Source of the DNA: Candidatus Ozemobacteraceae bacterium
GTDB lineage: Bacteria; Muiribacteriota; Ozemobacteria; Ozemobacterales; Ozemobacteraceae
NCBI GenBank assembly: GCA_965140445.1
Contig: OZ223236.1
Span: 2,016,001-2,080,000, forward strand
Direction: 5' to 3'
DNA: 64,000 nucleotides
A model generated the notes under the pieces. The model ran no database searches. It was not told the DNA's origin and was given only the letters and a program-made list of their open reading frames with translations. Positions 10,364-18,443 of the stretch are shown piece by piece; position 1 is the stretch's first letter, and every line of letters starts with the position of its first letter. The position numbers were made by a program, and so were the translations under genes.

Positions 10364-10802
10364 ATTTTACCACTACTGTGCCAAACCCAAGATTGTAGTC
10401 ACGATTTGGTTCCTTCCATTTAATATCCAGTTCCACTCGAATTTTTTTATTATTTTCTGTTGTTGCTTCTTCCAGGTTTAGGCTGGTTTTGAAGCGTTTA
10501 TAGTATTCAGGGTAAACTAACGAATTTTCATCATCTGGAACAAGTGGTCCCTCTACAGCTCTGTCAGTATGTTCTAAACCAAGTTTCGATGCTTTAATTT
10601 CACTTGCAAGCGTCTCAAAACCAAGAGATTTAATTTCAGCAATGATTGTGCGGCCAAGGCTGTGAGCAATCATAAGGTTCTTGGCCTGGGCTGTTTGTTT
10701 GTGACTGCTCTGGAAAAGCATAATTAAAGGCAGAATTCCAAACGAAAATACTACAATTGTCATTAAAAGTTCTGGAGTGGTAAAAGCGCTGCGATTTTTC
10801 AT
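10347..10802 (-). CDS. Prepilin-type protein (GspI/PilV-like)
   Basis: MKNRSA^FTTPELL followed by a hydrophobic helix; likely start ATG 10802. Confidence 0.75.
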   Translation of the reverse strand: MKNRSAFTTPELLMTIVVFSFGILPLIMLFQSSHKQTAQAKNLMIAHSLGRTIIAEIKSLGFETLASEIKASKLGLEHTDRAVEGPLVPDDENSLVYPEYYKRFKTSLNLEEATTENNKKIRVELDIKWKEPNRDYNLGFGTVVVKYGSGN

Positions 10803-10803
10803 G

Positions 10804-13203
10804 TTATTCAGAACTCCCAATGATTGCAGAATGTTGAATTTTGGGGCTAAGGTAGAATTCGTGAGTCATCAGCGCATAGGCCTTTTTACCATTATCATCT
10901 GCATCAATTCGTTTTTGCACTATTTGCCAGTTACTATCAGCTACTCTATCAAAGTATAGTGGATTATTTACATTATGAAGCACCCAAAGATCGCCCCTCT
11001 GATACTGCTTATTCATGAAATAATTTACATAGTTTCCCAGAATTATATTGGTTTTACTGGTTAAGGAAGGGAAGAAATTTCCCCATTTATCCATAGGAAC
11101 ACTGGCATCCATGCCAAGAGCTGCAAAATCAGGAATATTACCAGAATCAGTTTTTATACCATAAAAAGAGAATACGCTAGCCTCAATCGTATTGCCCGAT
11201 CCCTCAATGGATAGCATCCGTTGACTTGGATCTGTGGCAGCAGAGCTTACCGGCATTATCATGAGGTTCAAATGGCCGAGAGGAGTAATGCCATCAGCTG
11301 CTTTTTTACATACAATGCTGCCTCTGATTTTTATTGGTTTGTCAGGATTAAATTTGGAAACAATGATTGTTCCTGTGCCTATGTAAACGATAGGGGAATC
11401 TGTTTGAAAGGTGTCAAGCCAATAGACTCCATCTAGTAACCATCTTCCTCCCTCATCGGTTGGAATGTCTTCAACGCCAGAGAACCTTCTTGTTACAAAG
11501 GCACTGTAATTCATTTTAAAATTGGTTGGAAAAAGATTCTTTGTTTCACTTTCAATTGAAGTCGATAGGGCGCTATCTTCTCCTTCACCGAAAATTTTTC
11601 CCCACACTGGAGATACAAGAACGCCAACAGCTTCAAAAGGCATGGTTAGATTTTTCCAGAACGATTCGCCCCATGCCGATACTGTATACCCGATTTTTCC
11701 AAATATGGTTTCTGGGTCGGGGTCATTATAATAACTGAGAGCAAACTCAATCAATCTTTCATCCGGCGGATCTTTAATATTGTTGGTGACATTGTTATAT
11801 TTAATTTCATATGTTCGGGCATAAATACGATTTTGTTCATCAACTTTAGGATCATCTTTATCCCAGTGATGTTCAATTCGAATGGAAGGATCATCTTTCG
11901 GGAAATTAGTGCTTACGCCTTCACCTTTGTAGTCATCAACGTTGTTTGGATTATAAACGTCTTCACTTTTTTGTCCAGGTGAAACATATTTCCATGGGGT
12001 TCTGCAGAATGGCCCAGCAGGAAGAAACTTCTGGTGAATGTTTGTTCCGCGAAGATATTTATCCTGAATTCCATTTGATGAAATGTCACCTATTACTTCA
12101 CCAAAACTGCGGTCCCTGTGAGGTAACAGTCCACCATAAACCGTTGCGTGCTCAATAACTCCTGGATAATATGACTGGTTTGCTGACATGTCATCTTTTG
12201 ATTCTTTGCCACCTCTCCACCAAACAGAAATCGAGTCCCACATGGATTTCGGAGGGAAGATCGCTCGGCTTGCTGTCGTAAAATAGGAAAAACCAAAGAA
12301 AGTATCTGAGTATTGGAAGGCCTGATTTTGATTTGGTTGGGGAGTCTTTGGATCTCCAATGTTATATGCTCCATATCCAGGTCTGTCAGTCGCCAATTCT
12401 GGATTCTCAAGAGCAATAATTGAAGGTCCATGAAGATAGACCCTTGATTGGAAAGGCTGGTTCCACAAAAATAACCTGCCACCTGGAACGTCAGGACTGT
12501 TCATTTCATTTCTAATGGCCGCCTGGAAAGCTGTAGGGTTGGAAGAAGGGTAGTGGGTAAGAATGCTGAAAAGTGTATAATTCCTTCCAATTGGGCCAAG
12601 GTTTAAAAGTTTTACATCTCTTGAAAGGGTGTAATCAAGTGACATTTTTCTTCTTTTTTGCAGAGTAACTCGGATATCAATTTTTAATGTCAGATAAAAA
12701 TCTCTTGAATAAGGATTGTCAAAAGGAGTTATTCTGTCTCGTGGCTGATAGTAGCAAGTTGGGTTGTCCAAAGCTTTATTAGGAATGGGTCTTAAATCTT
12801 TAATGCTCGGAATTACTTTTTCAATAACAAAGCCAGCCCTGGTCATGAAATGATCTTTGATTATATTGGTTTGAGAAACTTTATCTTTTAAATCAGAAAA
12901 GTCATGTAATAGAGTTGGATTTAAGCCTGTTGAGCCACCATTAACTGGAATATTTGAGGTTGAAGCCTGCCAAAGCAACTGTTGTAGAAAACCAGTGTCT
13001 GTCTTGTCCTTAAACCTTTCTTCAAGCATTACATAGGCTTCTTCACCAGCTGCTTCTGCAAGTTGATGAGCCATGGTTCTATAAACTGAAATAGCAGTTT
13101 GAGAGTATTCAGCTGAACTACTCTGAATAAGGAAAAGTCCCATAAAGGCGAGCAGCCCCAGTATCAGGACAGCCACAATATAGGCAAAACCTTTTCTATT
13201 CAT
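10804..13203 (-). CDS. Large GspK/PilX-like pseudopilin
   Basis: MNRKG^FAYIV (no Glu at +5), hydrophobic helix, AHQLAEAA motif; 799 aa. Confidence 0.75.
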   Translation of the reverse strand: MNRKGFAYIVAVLILGLLAFMGLFLIQSSSAEYSQTAISVYRTMAHQLAEAAGEEAYVMLEERFKDKTDTGFLQQLLWQASTSNIPVNGGSTGLNPTLLHDFSDLKDKVSQTNIIKDHFMTRAGFVIEKVIPSIKDLRPIPNKALDNPTCYYQPRDRITPFDNPYSRDFYLTLKIDIRVTLQKRRKMSLDYTLSRDVKLLNLGPIGRNYTLFSILTHYPSSNPTAFQAAIRNEMNSPDVPGGRLFLWNQPFQSRVYLHGPSIIALENPELATDRPGYGAYNIGDPKTPQPNQNQAFQYSDTFFGFSYFTTASRAIFPPKSMWDSISVWWRGGKESKDDMSANQSYYPGVIEHATVYGGLLPHRDRSFGEVIGDISSNGIQDKYLRGTNIHQKFLPAGPFCRTPWKYVSPGQKSEDVYNPNNVDDYKGEGVSTNFPKDDPSIRIEHHWDKDDPKVDEQNRIYARTYEIKYNNVTNNIKDPPDERLIEFALSYYNDPDPETIFGKIGYTVSAWGESFWKNLTMPFEAVGVLVSPVWGKIFGEGEDSALSTSIESETKNLFPTNFKMNYSAFVTRRFSGVEDIPTDEGGRWLLDGVYWLDTFQTDSPIVYIGTGTIIVSKFNPDKPIKIRGSIVCKKAADGITPLGHLNLMIMPVSSAATDPSQRMLSIEGSGNTIEASVFSFYGIKTDSGNIPDFAALGMDASVPMDKWGNFFPSLTSKTNIILGNYVNYFMNKQYQRGDLWVLHNVNNPLYFDRVADSNWQIVQKRIDADDNGKKAYALMTHEFYLSPKIQHSAIIGSSE

Positions 13204-13255
13204 TTCCAGCTCCAGTCCTCATTAAAATTCTGTTGGAAGTCCAAGATTTCTTTTA

Positions 13256-13284
13256 ATTCTAACACTCTTAGTAAGATGCGTCAA
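13256..13284 (-). promoter_or_regulatory. sigma70-type promoter of the pseudopilin operon
   Basis: TTGACG-17 nt-TAGAAT with TG extension. Confidence 0.65.
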
Positions 13285-13305
13285 ACGAAGAACTTGTATT
13301 AGAGC

Positions 13306-13839
13306 TTAATCTTCGCTGAATATTTCAGCGGAAAAGCGAAAAATCTTTGCTGAAGGGTCCAGATAAGAATTCTGTGGTAGACCAGCTTTGTGGCAAAGAT
13401 TTATAAGAAATTCTTCCTTGTCCCAATTCCATTCTGTTGCAACCTGTGGGAGAAGTAGTCCTGAATGACCCCCGAGTTGAAGTAAAAGTCCATCTCGTCC
13501 AACTTCAATTTCTTCCAGACTTTTTATTTCCACCAGTGGCGATAAAACAGAAATTTCAATGGATAATTCTTTAAGTTCCTCGCTTGTTACAGGCGGAAAC
13601 CTGGGATCTTGAGTTGCTGCAGAAATAGCCATTTCCTGAATTGCTTTGCCAAGCGGTTCAAATCCCCTTATAAAACCAATGCATCCCCGTAAATTCCCTT
13701 GTTTTTTCAGGGTTACAAAAACCCCGCGTTTTTCATTAAATTTAGGATCTTTAAATTGAATTACTCTTTTCGGTCGATTATTTAATTTATCTTCCAGAGT
13801 TTGCCTGACAGCATTTATAGATTCTTGTTGGAAATTCAT
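13306..13839 (-). CDS. AMMECR1-domain protein (AmmeMemoRadiSam protein A)
   Basis: GVFVTL, LRGCIG, DPRF, EISVLS, GLLLPQV; likely start ATG 13839. Confidence 0.92.
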   Translation of the reverse strand: MNFQQESINAVRQTLEDKLNNRPKRVIQFKDPKFNEKRGVFVTLKKQGNLRGCIGFIRGFEPLGKAIQEMAISAATQDPRFPPVTSEELKELSIEISVLSPLVEIKSLEEIEVGRDGLLLQLGGHSGLLLPQVATEWNWDKEEFLINLCHKAGLPQNSYLDPSAKIFRFSAEIFSED

Positions 13840-13865
13840 AGCTTCCCCTTCATTCAATAAATTAT

Positions 13866-13896
13866 AAAAACAGCCGCAGTAATTTAACTGCGGCTG
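13866..13896 (-). terminator. Intrinsic terminator after dapF
   Basis: CAGCCGCAGT/ACTGCGGCTG stem with a T tract on the minus strand. Confidence 0.75.
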
Positions 13897-13953
13897 CCTG
13901 TTTATGTTGTTACTATTGCCTTATTACCAAAAGGTAATTGATTTTTTATCGTT

Positions 13954-14820
13954 TTACATGCTTCCAAATTGCATTACCAGGCTAGGAGAAAGCTGACCAG
14001 TGGCTACTTCTTGTACTGGACCTGTCATAGATAGAACTTGATTTTCGTTTTGTTCTATAACTAGATTTCCCCCCGGCATTTGAATAGTAACTTTACTATC
14101 AAATAATCCTTCTCTTATTCCAGCTGCCGCTACAGCAGTTGCGCCAGTACCACAGGCTTGAGTCATTCCGCAGCCCCGTTCCCATACGAATACTTTCGCT
14201 TCGTTTCTAGAAATTACTTCTACAAATTCAATGTTAATTCTTCTGGGGTGGTTTGCATGTGTTTCCAGCCATGCGCCGGCAGATTTCATCTCATCAAGCT
14301 TTAATGGGCTTTTAAGAAAGATAACTGCATGAGGGTTGCCAACATTTACATAAATTGGAGAAAAATTTCGCTCTTTCCAATCTAAAGTTTTTCGCTTCTC
14401 TTCGGGAACTAATTCGCCGGTTGGAACCAGATCGAATAATGCTTTTCCCATTTGGGCTTTGTAAAATGAAGCGCCTTTTTCAACTCCCACATAGCTGACT
14501 TCTTTCACTCCAACAGCGGTTTCAACAAGAATGGGATTTATGCCACGATGGAGATCGTCAAATAAATGACCAACGCCGCGAATCGCATTCCCACACATTT
14601 CAGCTTCAGTTCCGTCTGAATTGAACATTTGCATTCTGCAATGATGCTTGGGGTCGCGTGGTAGGGAAAGAAATATCGCACCATCAGAGCCAATACCCTG
14701 TTCTGTGCTGCATAGAAGCTTTATAACTTCTTTTTTCTTGAGAAGAGAGAGGTCCTGGTTGATTTCGTTGAAAAAGATAAAGTTGTTTCCAAGACCATGT
14801 AATTTATGAAAACCTATCAT
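13954..14820 (-). CDS. dapF: Diaminopimelate epimerase
   Basis: KLHGLGNNF, NSDGTEAEMCGNA, GNPHAV, WERGCGMTQACGTG. Confidence 0.96.
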   Translation of the reverse strand: MIGFHKLHGLGNNFIFFNEINQDLSLLKKKEVIKLLCSTEQGIGSDGAIFLSLPRDPKHHCRMQMFNSDGTEAEMCGNAIRGVGHLFDDLHRGINPILVETAVGVKEVSYVGVEKGASFYKAQMGKALFDLVPTGELVPEEKRKTLDWKERNFSPIYVNVGNPHAVIFLKSPLKLDEMKSAGAWLETHANHPRRINIEFVEVISRNEAKVFVWERGCGMTQACGTGATAVAAAGIREGLFDSKVTIQMPGGNLVIEQNENQVLSMTGPVQEVATGQLSPSLVMQFGSM

Positions 14821-14843
14821 ATAAGTCCTCCTGGTTAGCTAAC

Positions 14844-15812
14844 CTATTTGGCTATGAAATTTGTGAATAATCCAAACGCTATTAACATTCCGAAAATAAA
14901 TAGCGCAATCAGCTTTATATCTTTTCTATTTACATCAAGTTGACGAAAATTGCCAACTACAAAAAAAGCAGCCATAAATGGTAATACTGGTAAACCTGTT
15001 TGAGAGAAAATTGCGCTTGCTACGGCTATTAAAAATGAGGCTACCAGAAGGCATATATTTTTTTTCAAGCCAAGGTTGAATCTAACTGCAGCTTGAAAGA
15101 ATATCGCAAAAAACAGAAAATCAGTAAGTCCAATTAGGAAAGGGGTTCGGGCCCCACCAATAAGTGGGAAACGAAGCAGAAAGAAATGTATGTTTGAAGA
15201 AACGATAATCATTGAAGTCGCGCCAGCCGAAACGCTCCATATATCGGAAAGAGTAGCGACAATTGCAATTGGTATAAGATGCGAGGCTTCGTCGATACCT
15301 TCTCCAATCCATAGACCAACCCCCGAAGCAAGAGTTAATTGAGCTAGACCCAGAAGCAAAATCAGCCATTGCGGTTCCGGGATTTCAGTTTTGTAATTCT
15401 GGATTAAGTTTAGGTATGCTTCGTTTCGGAAAGCCGGCAAGACCTTGTTCACCGGTATTGCAGGAAGGTGTGTCTGGGCGGTTACAAGAAAGCTTTCGCA
15501 AATCGCATCAGAGGATTGTGATACGTAGTCTGTTCTTTTAACCAATGGTTTGGCCAAAAGGAAAACAGCTATTAAACCCAAGGCACCTATGGCTAGAAAA
15601 TGAGTTCTAAATAGTTTTAACTTTGAAAATCCAGAAACAATAGAAATCGCCAGAGAAATGAGTATAACTGCTGAGATAAACATTCCTGCAGATGTTGGAA
15701 TACTTGTCCAATTCTGGGTAAACTTCAATGCTAAAGCAAAAACCACTGCCCACAGGGCAGTAGCTGCTATTAAATGCTTAATTCTGTTAAAAAGATTTTG
15801 TTCGGCGGTCAC
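14844..15812 (-). CDS. Polytopic membrane protein, presenilin/SPP-like aspartic protease candidate
   Basis: Multiple TM helices with SDIWSV, IGLTDF and LPVLPF in the order of the YD, GxGD and PAL motifs. Confidence 0.55.
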   Translation of the reverse strand: MTAEQNLFNRIKHLIAATALWAVVFALALKFTQNWTSIPTSAGMFISAVILISLAISIVSGFSKLKLFRTHFLAIGALGLIAVFLLAKPLVKRTDYVSQSSDAICESFLVTAQTHLPAIPVNKVLPAFRNEAYLNLIQNYKTEIPEPQWLILLLGLAQLTLASGVGLWIGEGIDEASHLIPIAIVATLSDIWSVSAGATSMIIVSSNIHFFLLRFPLIGGARTPFLIGLTDFLFFAIFFQAAVRFNLGLKKNICLLVASFLIAVASAIFSQTGLPVLPFMAAFFVVGNFRQLDVNRKDIKLIALFIFGMLIAFGLFTNFIAK

Positions 15813-17236
15813 TTTCTTTCCTTTATTAAGCTGAGGCTTTCTGAAGCCAACTGGACTATTTCTTTGTCTGTATTGCTTTTTATAGCTTGTTTAAATGCTT
15901 CAGCAGCAAGGTCGTGTTTGTTCAATTTTTCATAAATTTTTCCCATGTGAAGGTGAACTTCACTGGAAATAGGGTCATGAGCCAGCTTGAATAACTTCAG
16001 GGCTTTTTCTTGAAATTTTCTGGCTTTTTTCATGTCACCTTTTCGAAAATGAACCCAGGCTAAGGAATCAAAGTAAGTCGCTCTATTTGCTTTGTCAAAT
16101 TCCAGAGCTTTTTCAATAAGCTCCTGAGCATAGTTTAAATCTTTATTTTGCTCCGCCAGAAGATAACCGAGCGTATTGGAAATGCTTCCGTTTTCAGGCA
16201 TAAGGTTTACCATTTTTCTGAAAACTGAAATTGCATCATCAAACTCCCTTTTTTCAAGGAATGCAGAACCCATAACTGATAAAACTCTTATATTGTCTGG
16301 ATGCTCTGCAAGCAATTTTTCCCATTCTTCTTTGGCTTTCTGGAAGTCGCCTTTTTCATAATAAACCACCCCAAGATTCAATCTCGGGCTAATATCGGTC
16401 TTATCAAGGGAAATGGCGCTTCTATAAATGTTTTCTGCTTCAACAAGATCTTTTGTTCCAAGAAAAACATTGCCAAGATTTATTCGAGCCTTAACATTTT
16501 TGTCATCAATAGCCAGAACTCGATTAAATAATGATATAGCCCGATCTTTTTCGCCTAGAATAGAGTAAACAAGACCAAGGTTGTTTAAGGCATTTAAATG
16601 TTCTGGCTCGTTTTTAAGAACCTCTTCGTATTCTCTAACCGCATCCAGATACCTGGAGGTTTCGTGGTAGGCTACACCCAGATTGTAGTGAGCTTCCATG
16701 GGAAGATTTGGTTCCATGGAAAAGGCTTTCTCGTAAGAGATTATAGCCCCGGAAACATCACCACTGAAATACTGAGACATCCCAAGAAGATACCAGGTAT
16801 ATGGTTGATTCTTATCTATCGAAATTGTTTTTTTCAGGTAAGTTGCAGATTCTTCAAATCTATCAAGCCTTAGATACAATTTGCCCAGATTTCTAAGGGC
16901 CTCTGGATACATCGGCTCAATTGCAATTGCCTTTTTAAGCATGTCCTCAGCTTTGTCCGAGAGATTGTCCTGTAAATAAAGTAAACCAAGGAAGTTGTAG
17001 GCTTGTTCGGAATAGGGGTCTATAGATTTGGCCTGAAGAAACAATTCTTCGGCTTTTTTGAATTTTTCAAGAATCAGATAATTCAAGCCCTCGTGAATCA
17101 GCGATGCAGCTCTTTCTTTTGAGGTAAGAAGTTTCGCATCTGGGGTGGCCAATAATTTTATCGGGAAGGCCGTAGAAAACATTGTTCCTGCTGAAAAAAG
17201 CATTAGAAACGATGTTTTTTTAAAAAAAGAATTCAT
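15809..17236 (-). CDS. Exported TPR-repeat protein
   Basis: Signal-like N-terminus and many repeats such as AYNFLG, AHYNLG, ALNNLG. Confidence 0.9.
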   Translation of the reverse strand: MNSFFKKTSFLMLFSAGTMFSTAFPIKLLATPDAKLLTSKERAASLIHEGLNYLILEKFKKAEELFLQAKSIDPYSEQAYNFLGLLYLQDNLSDKAEDMLKKAIAIEPMYPEALRNLGKLYLRLDRFEESATYLKKTISIDKNQPYTWYLLGMSQYFSGDVSGAIISYEKAFSMEPNLPMEAHYNLGVAYHETSRYLDAVREYEEVLKNEPEHLNALNNLGLVYSILGEKDRAISLFNRVLAIDDKNVKARINLGNVFLGTKDLVEAENIYRSAISLDKTDISPRLNLGVVYYEKGDFQKAKEEWEKLLAEHPDNIRVLSVMGSAFLEKREFDDAISVFRKMVNLMPENGSISNTLGYLLAEQNKDLNYAQELIEKALEFDKANRATYFDSLAWVHFRKGDMKKARKFQEKALKLFKLAHDPISSEVHLHMGKIYEKLNKHDLAAEAFKQAIKSNTDKEIVQLASESLSLIKERK

Positions 17237-17263
17237 GTGTAACCTCGATTTTCAGGAGACTCC

Positions 17264-17809
17264 TTATAGGGCTTCCTTCGCAGCGTCAGATTCAACAATT
17301 ACGTCATTTACAGCAATTTCTAGACTATTCATTAGTTCATTTAAGTGAAAAACTTCTTTTTCCACTCCACGGGCAGATGCCAGGTAAAGAGCATAATTGT
17401 TATCATTAATTGCCCTGATAGCGCGTTTTCCATAAGTGCTCAAACTTTCTGTTGATTCATAAATCTGTTTGAACAACAATTCTCTGTTTGGAAGTTCTGA
17501 GTGATACAGAAGACCATTAACCATCTTAAATCTTGAAACCATTTTTCTGGCAACAATCATAACTTTTCTAGCATATTTTGTATTTGGAGCAAATCTATAT
17601 CTTTCTCTATGTCTTTGTTTTAAAAAGGGTTCTGCTTCATATTGCATTTCATGAGCGACTCTGATCAGTCCTTTATTCATTTCATAGTTTTCCCCTATGA
17701 ATTTGTGAAGCATGATTGATTCTTTAATATCCTGAACTGCAAATGCAGAAGAGAAAGAAAGAAAAGTTAAAGCTACAGTTATCAGTAGCAACTTAGTTGA
17801 TAGCCTCAT
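17264..17809 (-). CDS. Exported hypothetical helical protein
   Basis: Signal peptide ending AFA; likely start ATG 17809 after AGGAG. Confidence 0.7.
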   Translation of the reverse strand: MRLSTKLLLITVALTFLSFSSAFAVQDIKESIMLHKFIGENYEMNKGLIRVAHEMQYEAEPFLKQRHRERYRFAPNTKYARKVMIVARKMVSRFKMVNGLLYHSELPNRELLFKQIYESTESLSTYGKRAIRAINDNNYALYLASARGVEKEVFHLNELMNSLEIAVNDVIVESDAAKEAL

Positions 17810-18009
17810 GGAAATCTCCTTAATACTCAATTTAAGTTTACAGGCTTTGAGGACTAAATTTCAATTCGAAATCCTGAAAACCGTTACATGAATCAAAGTC
17901 TGATATCGTCAGTCTTTGATGTTTTCATTAGGAAAATTAGGAATTGACTCAACTATGGGGATGTTCGATAATCAGAAAGACATTTAAATTTGAAGGAAAA
18001 GGAGAAATT

Positions 18010-18390
18010 ATGAAACAGATTATATCCACAGATCAAGCTCCAGCCGCCATAGGCCCGTATTCTCAGGCTGTAAAAGCAAACGGTTTTGTGTTTACTTCAG
18101 GACAGGTTCCAATAGTTCCCTCTACAGGTAAAATTGAAGCAACAGATATCGAAGGCCAGGCCAAACAGGTTATGGCAAATCTGGATGCCGTATTAAAAGC
18201 CGCTGGAAGTGATTTTTCCAAGGTTGTTAAGGCTACTATTTATTTAAAAGATCTTGAGCATTTTGGAAAAGTAAACGAGATATATGGTGCTTGTTTTACT
18301 TCTGAGCCACCAGCAAGAGCTTGCTTTCAAGTTGCAAGATTGCCTCTTGACTGCCTTGTAGAAATTGAAATGGTTGCTTTGACTGATTAA
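18010..18390 (+). CDS. ridA: RidA/YjgF family enamine/imine deaminase
   Basis: APAAIGPYSQA, SGQVP, PPARAC, VEIE; start ATG 18010 after GGAG. Confidence 0.93.
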   Translation: MKQIISTDQAPAAIGPYSQAVKANGFVFTSGQVPIVPSTGKIEATDIEGQAKQVMANLDAVLKAAGSDFSKVVKATIYLKDLEHFGKVNEIYGACFTSEPPARACFQVARLPLDCLVEIEMVALTD

Positions 18391-18399
18391 TTAAAGCAA

Positions 18400-18437
18400 A
18401 AAAAAAGCAGGCTGCAAAAATGCAGCCTGCTTTTTTT
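18400..18437. terminator. Bidirectional terminator
   Basis: AAAAAAAGCAGGCTGCA...TGCAGCCTGCTTTTTTT between convergent ridA and tadG. Confidence 0.85.
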
Positions 18438-18443
18438 ATTACT

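Noticed and set aside
13306..13839. Complete AmmeMemoRadiSam system
   Set aside because: Only the AMMECR1 gene is present; no Memo or radical SAM gene lies in the window.
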